From Eledone cirrhosa (lineage: Eukaryota), in contig OZ024760.1 of the NCBI GenBank assembly GCA_964016885.1, positions 5,580,001 to 5,644,000 of the forward strand: 64,000 bases of DNA, in the 5' to 3' direction. The position numbers and the translations under genes are program-made. The notes under the pieces were generated by a model. It was not told where the DNA came from and did no database searches. It was given only the letters and a program-made list of their open reading frames with translations. This document shows positions 41,552 to 53,462 of the stretch, in pieces. Numbering within the stretch: the stretch's first letter is position 1; each line of letters starts with the position of its first letter.

Positions 41552-41597
41552 AATAAAGTAATCCATTTAATAGAACATTTGTTGTTTTTGTTGTCAT
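41552..41597 (+). terminator. Candidate polyadenylation signal of cytohesin (would imply a ~6.9 kb 3' UTR)
   Basis: AATAAA at 41552 followed about 20 nt later by a GT/T-rich element (tttgttgtttttgttgtc); LINE relics start immediately after. Inferred only. Confidence 0.35.
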
Positions 41598-41599
41598 CT

Positions 41600-41890
41600 G
41601 TTGCATGTCACACACGATGGATCGAGTTTGGCGCTCATATCTTTCCATCCACACCAAAATCAGACTCGTCCAAGTAACAATTCAACCAATCTTCCTATAT
41701 GAAAGTGAAACATGGACACTTTCATCCAAACAACAAAAGCACCTTGATGGCACCTACACTCGCCTGCTTCAACACATTCAGAAGATAAGCTGGTGACATC
41801 TGACTTTGAAAGTAATATATGCCGGCCTCCCCACACATATCTGTCGTTGTACGTAAAAGGAGAGTAGGATTTGCTGGCCACTGCCAAAGC
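41600..41890 (+). mobile_element. RTE-like LINE RT C-terminal relic
   Basis: TKIRLVQVTIQPIFLYESETWTL...LDGTYTRLL. Confidence 0.75.
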
Positions 41891-41971
41891 TCTCCTATCC
41901 CGATGTCATCTCCAGAGATACTGGTATTGAAATCCAGCATTTGGCAGCGACAATGAACGACAGACCCACGT

Positions 41972-42152
41972 GGAGATCAAGGTAGATGACATCAGTGTTG
42001 GAGCCCTCTCCCAAAACTCTCAAAATATTATCAAAGTGATGCAGGAGTTGTATTAGGCAGACCCTTCCATTACGGAACCCATGTTGGTTGGAGTTCAGCA
42101 GCCTGTTGCTTTCAAGAAAGCCATAACTGTCTAGGATTAGCTGCTCCCTCAC
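41972..42152 (-). mobile_element. CR1/L2-like LINE RT relic
   Basis: FLESNRLLNSNQHGFRNGRVCLIQLL...DVIYLD. Confidence 0.8.
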
Positions 42153-42415
42153 TTTATTTTATTATTTTCTATTGTAAAAATTATATAATTAAATAGAAAT
42201 GTGTTTAATAGTCTTTATTCCATATCAATCATATTAAATAAAAATTTCCACAGCGAAAATACGAAAACGTGACTGAGTAAGTGTGGCTAACTTTGAAAGG
42301 TAGTACGTGTTGAGAAGAAGGCCGGTAAATTTGACACTCACGTAATTATTTCAAAACTAAATTATATTATGTTAACAACGCTATAAGTAATTTATCTAAC
42401 CAATATGATTTGCGT

Positions 42416-42592
42416 CACTGGTTTGTTTTTGTCTGTCAAAAGTGAAGGTTTGCGTCTCAGCAAGCGGTGAACCCTGCCTATAGTTCCTCCCATCGTTTAT
42501 ATCCGTAAAGTGAAATCACAATATTTTTCTTCTCTCACTTTACGGATATAAACGATGGGAGGAACTGGCTGACAGACAAAAACAAACCAGTG
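42416..42592. repeat. Nested perfect inverted repeats (23-bp outer, 32-bp inner arms); probable MITE/DNA-transposon relic
   Basis: cactggtttgtttttgtctgtca / tgacagacaaaaacaaaccagtg and agttcctcccatcgtttatatccgtaaagtga / tcactttacggatataaacgatgggaggaact. Confidence 0.8.
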
Positions 42593-42849
42593 CCAAAATT
42601 TATTGTAGAGAAGGCTTAGTTTCCATACGCAAATATGCGTTCCTTACATGAATGCAATGTCCAAAATGAATTCCATAAAAGGGAAGTAACTCTAAATGAA
42701 GGGAGATAATTCTAATCAAATTTACAGTAAATAGGGGAAAATAGTCTCGGCTGCCAAATAGCCACGTACCCCTGCAACTATTCGATCTTCAGGTAACTTT
42801 ATGCTTCTCTTTTTGGTAGAAGAATGTATTTCAAATTACTAGGTTAAGT

Positions 42850-43315
42850 TCCAAACAGAGCTCAAACAGCTTCAAACCATTGGCATAATACATCCTATGT
42901 CTCATGGTCTCTGCCAACTTGTGCATTGAAATCACCAAGAATTATCTTTTTTTTCTTCGACTGGAGTAGAGATGCAATAGAATGTCATAATACTTCCTTC
43001 ACTGGCCTGGAGAGTTGGAGCATAAACTGACAATTGTTGCACATTGTTCACATACAAGTGGAATGCGCAACTTCATTATACAGTCACTGATTCTAAATGT
43101 GCTAGAGTTTCTCGCACTGCAAACGTTACACCATCACGTCTCCTTTTGGTTTCCCTATCCAGAAAAGTGAAACCTAATGATGCTTCAGTCAGCTGATCAC
43201 ACCCTGAGGGACGTGTTTCTGACAAGGCTGCAATATTTAATCTATGGAGTTCCTTTGTTACCAGTCGGTTCTTCTTTCTGGTTGGTTTGATGAGATTTGG
43301 TTCTGACATTCCCAC
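42850..43315 (-). mobile_element. RTE LINE APE endonuclease relic
   Basis: LVTKELHRLNIAALSETR...GVTFAV. Confidence 0.7.
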
Positions 43316-43549
43316 AGCAAATATTGAATTTCATACACACCCAACTCTCTCCATCGTAGAGCTTCATCCATAAATAACATCAAAATCTCGTAGATTTGAC
43401 ATTATGTGAGATAAAGACTTCACCACAAAAATACAATAGTAAATGTATAAAGAGTAATGTAAATGCTAAAGGTTTAAACATTGTAAGGCTTCCGAAACAC
43501 CCACACATATATGATGATGATGGTTACAACTGGATTTGCCATTGCTTAA

Positions 43550-43767
43550 CCCTTTAGCATTTAAACTGACTGTATCCGGCCAGAATTCTCTCACCTCTTT
43601 CTGTTCAAACCATCTATAACTGGCTGCTCCTACTGACGTTAAGGTATTGTTCTCAAAATAAATAACATCAAAATCTCAGATTCAATATTATATCAGATAA
43701 TTATGTAAGATAAAGCCCTCACCACAAAATACAATAGTATATATAGAGTAATGTAAACGCTAAAGGG
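43550..43767. mobile_element. piggyBac-type MITE (~210 bp); other copies at ~2845-3239, 16205-16513, 22229-22445, 43897-44099, 45193-45390, 46085-46282, 51222-51426
   Basis: TTAA|CCCTTTAGCATTTA...TAAACGCTAAAGGG|TTAA: TTAA duplication and CCC/GGG termini. Confidence 0.85.
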
Positions 43768-43896
43768 TTAAGCATCACAGTCCTGCTTGGTACCGCACAA
43801 TATAAATAACATCTCAATGATAAGACATTGGTAAGAAAAAGGAGAAACAAAAGCACAGTAGGGATAAAAAAAATTTTCTGTATGTTCTGGAATTAA

Positions 43897-44099
43897 CCCC
43901 TTAATGTTCAAACCGCCCAAAACCGGCCAGAATTTTCTCACCTCTTTCTGTTGAAACTGGCTGTAACTGGTCGCTCAAACTGATATTAAGGTATTGTTCT
44001 CAAAATAAATACTTTCAAAATCTCAAGGTAATTATGTGAGGTAAAGCCTTTACCATGAAAATATAATAGTATATATAAAAAAATGTGAATGCTAAAGGG
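43897..44099. mobile_element. piggyBac-type MITE copy with an empty-site paralog at 39093-39160
   Basis: Flanks ttttctgtatgttctggaa-TTAA-gttgttaattttattt occur uninterrupted at 39093. Confidence 0.85.
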
Positions 44100-44962
44100 T
44101 TAAGTTGTTAATTTTATTTTGTCATCCCTAGACTTCTTTTCATCAACCAACGCTCTACTGATTCAGCACCTGTTTCTCAGATTAGAAACAAAGAAAAAAA
44201 ACACCAAAATATGAAACAAAAAAAAAAAAAAAAACTGCAACAACAATAAACACTGTTATAAGAAATATAGTTTTATTTTATGGGAGATTAAAAGTAAACC
44301 AGTTGATAATTTACAGTGTCTCTCTCCACAACCATCATCACAATCCTTGATAATACACAGAATGAGAAGGGGAGAGAGAGAAAAACAGGGGTGTAGAGAA
44401 GGGGGGAAGAAAGGAGAAGACAGGATTGTATTATACACATATGTATGTATATATATATACATGTGTGTGTATGTATATACATATGTATATATATATATAT
44501 ACATATATATATGTGTATATATATAAATACATATATATATGTGTGTATATATATAAATACATATATATGTGTGTGTATGTATATACACACACATATATAT
44601 ATGTGTATATATATAAATACATATATATATGTGTGTGTATGTATATACAAATATATATATATTTATATATACATCATCGTTTGGAACTTAGACGTTAAAC
44701 AATGATGATGTATATATAAATATATACAGTATATATACACACACACACACACACAGAGCATCAACTCTCAATACAGTATAAAGCGTATAGTTGATGATTA
44801 TTCTGGAGAATTCTTAGATTGTGGTCGTGGGGGAGAGACGGGGGAAACAAAAACCCAACAGTTTTTGATTTATATACACATAGATCCATGGTTCATTTAG
44901 ATTTCAAAGCAGGTCACTCCAGGTAAAACGATGCTCCAAAGGTAACACAAAAAAACCAGTCA

Positions 44963-45030
44963 TCACTTATCTTTGCTGTCTTCATCGAAGGTGCCATGTT
45001 TTCCATAACCTTCAACAAATTTCTTGGCAC
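44963..45030 (-). CDS. Hydratase last coding exon AKKFVEGYGKHGTFDEDSKDK*
   Basis: ttcaaag|GTGCCAAG...AAGTGA; AAG-type acceptor after a pyrimidine tract. Confidence 0.9.
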
Positions 45031-48000
45031 CTTTGAACAAAGAAAAGAAATAAAGAAAATTTATAAAATTTAAAAAAGAAGCATTGTGTATATGTAGCTG
45101 ATCTCTCGGACTTTTACAAAGTGCTGAGAGGATAAAGTGGATATAAAGAATGATGTGCTCATGTGTGGAGATGTTATAAAATAGGGTGAAGACCCTTTAG
45201 CATTTAAACTGGCTTTATCTGGCCAGAATTCTCACACTTCTTCCTGGTGATAATGGGTTGCTTATACTTATGTTAAGGTATTGTTCTCAAAATAAATAAT
45301 ATAAAAATCTTGCAGTTTCGATATTATGTGAGATAATCATGTAAGATAAAGCTTTTACGACAAAAATACAATAGTATATATAGAGTAATAAAAAGAATTT
45401 TCCATAAGAAATTCAAAAATATTTGTTTTAAATTCTAAAATTTTCATTTAAGAACTTCTCTAAAAAAAAAAGAAAAAAACAATCCTTGCAAAACAAACAC
45501 AAAAAAATCCCCCTAACTCCAAATTCTTCTTCACCCCCTTATGAGAGGGTCAGTTAGGGCAATGTTCTCAAACACTCCTTCCAGTGGGTCTTGTCAGAAG
45601 CAACCATCCCCAAGCAATACCAGCCAAGCTCATGGATGTTATCCAATCATCTTGCTCGGGGTCTACCTTTAGATATCCCACCGGTTGGGTTTGCCCATAA
45701 GATCTGTCCATCTATTATTTTCTGAGACATTCTAACCACATCTGGGTTATCAGAACTGTAATCTCTCAATTCGGGGACTTAACGGTTCTACACTCTATTG
45801 AGCAATGTTGTTCCAAAGACCCAAAGTCTACCACTGGGTTTCCTGCCGGTTGGTTTTGCCCATAAATTCTGTCTAGGGATTCTTTCCTAAGACATTCTAA
45901 TCACATACCCATAATATCAGTGCAGTGATCTCTCAATTTGCTCTACTGGAAGCGACTCTCCTGTCTCCGAGCAACATGCTTTATCAAGAAACGTTACTCC
46001 AAAGACCCTTTGGAGGAACCCCATTTCAGTCACTTGTATTCTAAAATTTAATTACTAAAATTTTCATTTGAGAATTTCCTTTAACCCTTTAGCCTTTACA
46101 TTACTTTATATTTACTATTGTATTTTAGCAGTAAAGATTTTACCTCCCATCAGTATCTCACATAATATCGAATCTATGAGATTTTGATATTTATTTTGAG
46201 AACAATACGTTGGTATGAGTGGTCGGTTACGGCTGGTATAAACAGAGAGGTGAGAGAATGCTGGCCGGTTTAAATGTTAAAAGATTTTTTTTAAATGATC
46301 CAGGCAAAACAAATACAAAAATCTTGCTCCACACACACAAATACTAAAAAAATCTGAAAATCTAAAATTTAAAATTAACCTTTGATAGATTCCACTGTTA
46401 AAACATCTCTTCCATTGAGGTATTCAAACTGCAAAGCTTCTTGTTGTGACGATGCATCATAGCATGAATAATAGGTTGATTTACGATCAGTATTAAGACA
46501 TAACTGTGGGTATCTTGATATAGACATGGCTAACTGCGTGGCTTGACCAATAGCTGGAGGAGAGGAGGTGGTGGGGAGAGGGTGTAGTGGGATGAGAGAG
46601 GGAGAAAAATAAAAGAGATAAAGAACAGATTATTAACTGATTTGAATTTCGAAATGTCAAAGATCAAAAGAAAAGAAAACAAAGGAAAAACACACATGGT
46701 TGTGTAGTTAAGGAGTTTGGTCTCCAACCACATGGATTCAGGTTAAACTCCATAGTATGGCATTGCCTTTCATTAGAAATATGGTAATGAAAGGGTTAAT
46801 GACATAGACAATGTCTTTCACTAGAAATATGGTAATGAAAGGGTTAATGACATAAACAATGTCTTTCATTAGAAATATGGTAATGAAAGGGTTATGAGGG
46901 TAATAGAGATAAATAACAAGAACTACCTGTGCCATTGGGAACAACTCTGTTAGCCAGACCAAACTGAAGAGCTTCTTTACTGTCAACGGGACGTCCGGTT
47001 AAGATTAAATCCATGGCACGAGACAAACCAATGAGTTTTGGTAATCTTACTGTACAGCCATCAATAAGAGGTACTCCTGGAAATATTTAGAGAGGAATAA
47101 AGAGCAATTATATAAACCATATCATTACATGGTTTTACATGTGGTGTTACTAGATGGTATTACACAAACCATATTACTACATGACATATGAACCATACCA
47201 CTACATGACATATATGTGGCATCATTACATGGTATAATATAAACCATACAACTACATGGTATTATATGAATAATACCACCACATAGCATTACATGTAATA
47301 TCACTACATGGTATTTATATGAGTGGATTGGCAGTATCGGTAGAGGGTCGGACGCCATGCCTTGACACAAAGAGTTACGGCCCTTGCCAGTCTGAGTTCA
47401 AATCCCGCCGAGGTTAACTTTGCCTTTCATCCTTACGGGGTCGATAAAATAAAGTACCAGTAATGTACTGGGTAATTGCTGGCCTTGTGCCAAAAGTAGA
47501 AACAATTATATGAGTAATACCACCACATAGTATTACATGTAATATCACTACATGGTATTATATAAATCATACCGCATGGTATATGTGGCATCACTACATG
47601 GTATATATGTATCATTACATATTATACAAGTTACATTGCTACATGTTATGTATGTCTCACTACATGATATGAACCAGACCACTACATGTTATATAAGTTG
47701 TATCACCACACAGTATTGCTACATGATATTGTATAAGCTATATCACTATATAATGATATATATATATACCATATCACTACATGTTACACAACATGTAGCA
47801 ACATTGAGATATATAAACCATATCGTATATGTTTTTACACAATATGTAGCATTATGTTATATAAAGGGGGGTGGATTGGCAGTATCGGTAGAGGGTCGGA
47901 CGCCATGCTTTCCAGCATAGTTACGTCCCTTTACGATCTAAGTTCAAATCCTGCCGAGGTTGACTTTGCCTTTCATCCTTACGGGGTCGATAAAATAAAG

Positions 48001-51000
48001 TACCAGTAATGCACTGGGTAATTGCTGGCCTTGTGCCTAAAGTAGAAACAATTATGTTATATAAACATGGCTACATGTTAGAACACATGTAGTAACATTG
48101 TTATATATAAACATCACTACATGTTATTAGAAAACAATATATAGTAACATTGTGTTATATATAAACTATAGCACTACATGTAACAACATGTAGTGACATT
48201 GTGTTACATAAAGCACATTACTACACGTTATTCGAAAATAATGTATAGTAATATTGTTTTATATAAACTGCATTACTACATGTAACAACACCATGTAGTA
48301 ACATTGTGACATATATATAAACCACCCATTAGTACATGTAGTAACATTGTGAAATATATAAACCATATCACTACATGTAACACAACATTTTGTAGTAACA
48401 TTGTGTTATATAAATAAACCATGTTACTAAATATAGAAAAAGAACTGAAGCAAGCATGAAAAAACAGACATAAAACAGTTATTATGACGATGATGAAGAA
48501 AAAAGAGCAAAAAAAGATGAAAGCACTTTACCTAATCGTCTACAGAAGACACCCATGATGGCGGATTCTTCAACAATTCTGAGATCACACATTAGGGCCA
48601 ATTCCAAACCACCTGCAACAGCATAACCACTTACAGCAGCAATGACAGGCTTTGAAAATGACATTCTCGTTGGACCCTAAAATATATTTACAAAACACAA
48701 AAACAAAATGGTGTAGGACAGAACAAAGGAAGAGACACAAAATAAAAACCTAGTCATTGAGGAGGTCACAGAATGTGTGTGACAAAAGAGCTTTGACAAT
48801 ATATAAACAACCATCTGGTTATCGAACCAACCAGCTAACTGGAAATTTATAATAAACTGATGTGAAAACCAACAGGTGCATGTGTTTTTATTGGCAGACG
48901 ACATGGAGATCATCTTCTGTTGAGTTAAATAACACCAACTTGCACTTGATAGGTTTGATGCTGAGTGCTGCATGGCTAGAATGAAAATCAGTGCTGCGAA
49001 AACTGAGATACTCATCCTTTCAAGGAAGCCTGCGCAGTGCACTCTACATGTGAATAGAGTTCCACTGAAGCAGGTAGAGAAGTGAAAGTATCTCGAGTGA
49101 TGGAAAGCAGGAGGCTGAATTAAGTCCAACAATTGCAAAAGCTGGTGCAGTAATGCGCCAGATTCAGCATTTAGTAATCAGAAAATTCAATAAAAACCAA
49201 AAGAATATGATCACGAATACAAGCAGCTGAAATGGGATTCCTCCGAAGGTTCTTTGGAGTAACGTTACTCAATAAAGTGCGTAGCTCGGAGATCAGAGAG
49301 TCACTCCAGGTATAGCTGCTACTTCTCCGAGTTGAGAGATCACTGCTCCGATACTATGAGCATGTGGTTAAAATGTCTCAAGAAAGAATTGCTGGACAGA
49401 TTTCAGAGACAAAATCAACCGGCAAGAGACCCAGGGTAGACCCCCCAAGCAAGATGATTAGATAACATCCATGAGCTTGGATGGTCATGTTTGGGGATCC
49501 AGCAGGATCAGTTGGGGACGGTTGCTTTTGACAAGACCCGCTAGAAGGAGTGTTTGGGGACTGCCCCCACGATCCTCTCGGGAATAAGTGAGCGAAGAAG
49601 ATATATATACATATACACAGAGAGAAAAGCTAAATCCAATTTGTCCCAAAAGTGGGATAACTCTAATTTCAATGGTTATTAGAGCTCATTTTTTTTTTAC
49701 TGATTTTAGGCAATAAACAACACCTCACATTAAACCATGAACAAAAAAAGTGACAATGGTTTTATATGTACAGGAACATGGTACATTTTTCAGCCTGTGG
49801 CATTCAAAACATTTGGAGGAGCTTGACCACGCTATCTCTTGGTCATACTGAATTATGAACTGATGCTAGTGGTGGGTCTTGGCTGTTCCAGCTCCTTAGT
49901 CCCACTATAACCCTGTCTTACTGAAGTATGAAATGATACTCGTGGGAGTACCTGGCTCTTTACATATTTATTAATAAAAAGGCTCTAAAAACATTAATGA
50001 GAAACCAAAATACCATAGGAGACCGTTCTGTACGACCTGGGGAGTCAGGTAGGGTAGATTCTGTATGTCGAAATTCATCAGCAAGCTCCTTGAGATCAAA
50101 GCCAGCACAAAAATTGCCACCTGGAGGAAAAGAAAATATAAAATGGCAGCATAAGAATTACAGAAGATATTCTGCTCTGAATTAGTTTCCACAATTCTTC
50201 ATTTGATAACAGAATTTTATCCCCGAAATATTAAGGGATTTTAAACACTAGTGGTTACATTCTGAGACTAAATAGGTCAGGTGGTTACATTCTGAGACTA
50301 AATAGGTCAGGTGACCAGTTGTGGATTAGACTGGTGGTTACATTCTGAGACTAGGTAGGTCAAGTGACAGTCTTGGTTACAGGTTCCATTTTTGGCATCG
50401 GTTCTATAATTCCTAATAGGGTGTGTATTTTCTTGGCATTACCACTGTAGAGAGTACTGGGTATTTTCTTGGCATTACCACTTTACAAAGAGTACTGGGT
50501 ATTTTCTTGGCATTACCACTGTAGAGAGTACTGGGTATTTTCTTGGCATTACCACTTTACAAAGAGTACTGGGTATTTTCTTGGCATTACCACTGTACAG
50601 AGGCCTGGGTGCGTTTTATCATAGCACTACCACTATCCTTTACAGAGAGTACTGAGTATCGGTGCCTCTGACACAACCACTTTACGGAGTGTACAGGGTG
50701 CACTTTTTGGTGGCACTGACACTACCACTTTATAGGGAGTCCTGGATGTGTTTTTTTACAGCATCACAACTACCACTTTACAGAGTGTACTGGGTGCATT
50801 GTTTTGTTTCTCTTGTGGCACAAACACTGACTTAAAACAACAAAGATCTCCCGTCTTACCTTTACCATATAACACAGCTACGGACAAGTCATCCTTGTGT
50901 TCAAAGTCCTGAAATGCTCTATAGAGAGTGTTGGCAGCCAGAGAAGAAAGAGCATTTTTTTTTTCAGGATTGTTTATACCAATTAAACATATTTTACCGA

Positions 51001-53096
51001 TCATTTCAACTGTAATGACATCTGTAAAAATAACAAGAGAGGAAGATCATTTCAACTGTTAAGTCATGTGTAGAAATAACAGAGGAAAAGATCATTTCAA
51101 CTGTTAAGTCATGTGTAGAAATAACAGAGGAAAAGATCATTTCAACTGTTAAGTCATCTGTTCAAATAACAAGAAAGGAAGGGAGAGGAAGACCATCTCA
51201 ATATAACAGTTTCTGATTTAACCCTTTAGCATTTATATTACTCTATATATACTATTGTATCTTCGTGGTAAAGGCTTTACCTCACATAATTATCTCACAA
51301 TATCAAATCTACGAGATTTTGAGAACAATACCTTAACGTCAGTATGAGCAGCCAGTTATAGCTGGTTTGAACAGAACGAGGTGAGAGAATTCTGGCAGGT
51401 TTCTGGCCGATTTAAATGTTAAAGGGTTAAGCATAGGGCCAACGATTGTGGGGGAGGGGAAAGATTAAATCAACCCAAGTGCATTACTGGAACTTTATTT
51501 TATTGACTCCACAAGGAAGAATGGCAAAACTAATGTCAGTGGAATTTGAACTCTGTATGTAAAGGGGCGTAACTCTACGCTGCAAAGCATATTGTCCAAT
51601 GCTCTACCGATTCTGCCAATCCACTGCCCTTATCAACTGTAATGACATCTGTAGAAATAACAAGAGGGTGGGAGGGAAAGATCATTTCAACTGTAATGAT
51701 ATCTGTAGAAATAACAAGAGGGTGGGAGGGAAAGATCATTTCAACTGTAATGACATCTGTAGAAATAACAAGAGGGTGGGAGGGAAAGATCATTTCAACT
51801 GTAATGACATCTGTAGAAATAACAAGAGGGTGGGAGGGAAAGATCATTTCAACTGTAATGATATCTAGAAATAACAAGAGGGTGGGAGGGAAAGATCATT
51901 TCAACTGTAATGATATCTGTAGAAATAACAAGAGGGTGGGAGGGAAAGATCATTTCAACTGTAATGACATCTGTAGAAATAACAAGAGGGTGGGAGGGAA
52001 AGATCATTTCAACTGTAATGACATCTGTAGAAATAACAAGAGGGTGGGAGGGAAAGATCATTTCAACTGTAATGACATCTGTAGAAATAACAAGAGGGTG
52101 GGAGGGAAAGATCATTTCAACTGTAATGATATCTAGAAATAACAAGAGGGTGGGAGGGAAAGATCATTTCAACTGTAATGATATCTGTAGAAATAACAAG
52201 AGGGTGGGAGGGAAAGATCATTTCAACTGTAATGACATCTGTAGAAATAACAAGAGGGTGGGAGGGAAAGATCATTTCAACTGTAATGACATCTGTAGAA
52301 ATAACAAGAGGGTGGGAGGGAAAGATCATTTCAACTGTAATGACATCTGTAGAAATAACAAGAGGGTGGGAGGGAAAGATCATTTCAACTGTAATGACAT
52401 CTGTAGAAATAACGAGGGTGGGAGGGAAAGATCATTTCAACTGTAATGATATCTGTAGAAATAACAAGAGGGTGGGAGGGAAAGATCATTTCAACTGTAA
52501 TGATATCTGTAGAAATAACAGAGGGAGGGGAAAGATCTTTTTTAACTGTAAAGACATCTGTAGAAAAAAATATAGAATCACACTGGTGGTCATGTATGTG
52601 TCAAGACAAAAGTGCCCAGTCCACACAGTTAAGTGGTCGTGTAGGAGTCACGACAAAAAGTGCCCAGTCCACACAGTAAAATGGTCGTGTAGGAGTCACG
52701 ACAAAAAGTGCCCAGTCCACACAGTTAAGTGGTCGTGTAGGAGTCACGACAAAATGCGCCCAGTCCACACTGACGTGGTCGTGTCAGCGACATAAAAAGT
52801 ACCCAGTCTACGCTGTAAATTGGTCGTGTAGGTGACACGACAAAAAGCTCCCAGCACACACTGTAAATGTGGTTGGCGTTAGGAAGGGCATCCAGCTGTA
52901 GAAACCAAGCCAAAAATCAGCCACGGATGAGCGAAACACTGTCTTCTGACCCGATTCTCTCCCAAAGGGTCAGTCCGTCCTACTCATGCGTGAAAAATGA
53001 ACGCTAAACGATGATGACTATGAATCACAAAAATATGACTAAATGCTAACCTAAAATAGTGAAACTAGGGGATTTAATCCGTGGGGCGGGACGCAT
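44963..53096 (-). CDS. Enoyl-CoA hydratase/isomerase (crotonase superfamily) protein, ~283 aa, 7 exons: 53096-53051, 51021-50860, 50120-50014, 48676-48532, 47076-46927, 46553-46380, 45030-44963
   Basis: Spliced minus-strand translation MRPAPRIKSPSFTIL DVITVEMIGKICLIGINNPEKKNALSS...VAVLYGKGGNFCAGFDLKEL...SKPVIAAVSGYAVAGGLELALMCDLRIVEESAIMGVFCRRLGVPLIDGCTVRLPKLIGLSRAMDLILTGRPVDSKEALQFGLANRVV...GAKKFVEGYGKHGTFDEDSKDK*. Crotonase oxyanion motifs FCAGxDL and AGGLE are present. Exon lengths 46+162+107+145+150+174+68=852 nt, phases consistent. Confidence 0.93.
45550..46040 (-). mobile_element. RTE/Rex3-like LINE 3' relic (two overlapping pieces)
   Basis: Reverse complement of the 32345-32865 family. 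Confidence 0.7.
46380..46553 (-). CDS. Hydratase exon 6 (174 nt) IGQATQLAMSISRYPQLCLNTDRKS...ESIK(G)
   Basis: cctccag|CTATTGGT...ATCAAAG|gttaat. Confidence 0.93.
46927..47076 (-). CDS. Hydratase exon 5 (150 nt) VPLIDGCTVRLPKLIGLSRAMDLILTGR...NRVVPNGT
   Basis: tttccag|GAGTACCT...GGCACAG|gtagtt. Confidence 0.95.
47868..48055 (+). mobile_element. CORE-type SINE copy
   Basis: Near-identical to 11203-11393. Confidence 0.85.
48532..48676 (-). CDS. Hydratase exon 4 (145 nt) GPTRMSFSKPVIAAVSGYAVAGGLELALMCDLR...CRRL(G)
   Basis: attttag|GGTCCA...CGATTAG|gtaaag. Confidence 0.95.
48890..49600 (+). mobile_element. RTE/Rex3-like LINE RT + 3' relic in hydratase intron
   Basis: Degenerate LADDM, MKISAAKTE, KYL motifs, then the same 3' end as the 32345 family. 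Confidence 0.8.
50014..50120 (-). CDS. Hydratase exon 3 (107 nt) GNFCAGFDLKELADEF...SPM
   Basis: cctccag|GTGGCAAT...CCTATG|gtattt. Confidence 0.93.
50860..51021 (-). CDS. Hydratase exon 2 (162 nt)
   Basis: tttttacag|ATGTCATT...GGTAAAG|gtaaga; INNPEKKNAL motif. Confidence 0.92.
51222..51426. mobile_element. piggyBac-type MITE copy in hydratase intron 1
   Basis: TTAA CCCTTTAGCATTTA...TAAATGTTAAAGGG TTAA. Confidence 0.85.
51633..52565. repeat. 54-bp tandem repeat, ~17-18 copies, derived from the hydratase intron1/exon2 junction; 268-bp higher-order period
   Basis: Unit aactgtaatgacatctgtagaaataacaagagggtgggagggaaagatcatttc vs real junction at 51001-51050; 52-bp variants at ~51851, 52119, 52387. 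Confidence 0.95.
53051..53096 (-). CDS. Hydratase putative first coding exon MRPAPRIKSPSFTIL(D)
   Basis: CAAAATG start context; donor TTAG|gttagc in phase 1 matches exon 2; locally CpG-richer unique sequence. No homology support for this exon. Confidence 0.6.
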
Positions 53097-53427
53097 TTTG
53101 TTCGGTGGGAATTTTGTGTCTGTCTGTCACCCAAAACACCCTCCTCCCCTCGATATTACTGCGTGTGAAAGCAGCAAAGTTAGTTCGCAGAATGAAGAGA
53201 TTAAATAGTAGAAAGTATGAAATGTTTATTACTTCTACAGATAAATATGGTTTATTTCCAGTTGAGACGTTAAGATAATAAAACACAATACAACAGAAAG
53301 ACGTAGGTGTAAAGTAGAAAGTTTGTATTAGAGATGCTTAACATCTAGCTTGCACGAGTTAAAGTATTTTTAACTTACTTAACCAAGTTTACAAGGAGAT
53401 ACGGTTACCACGAAAAAAAAACAAAAA

Positions 53428-53462
<35 letters not shown>

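Noticed and set aside
51575-52795. Repetitive ORFs and CRISPR-like periodicity in the 54-bp array
   Set aside because: Pure tandem repeat without unique spacers; eukaryotic context, no cas genes; frames broken by 52-bp units.
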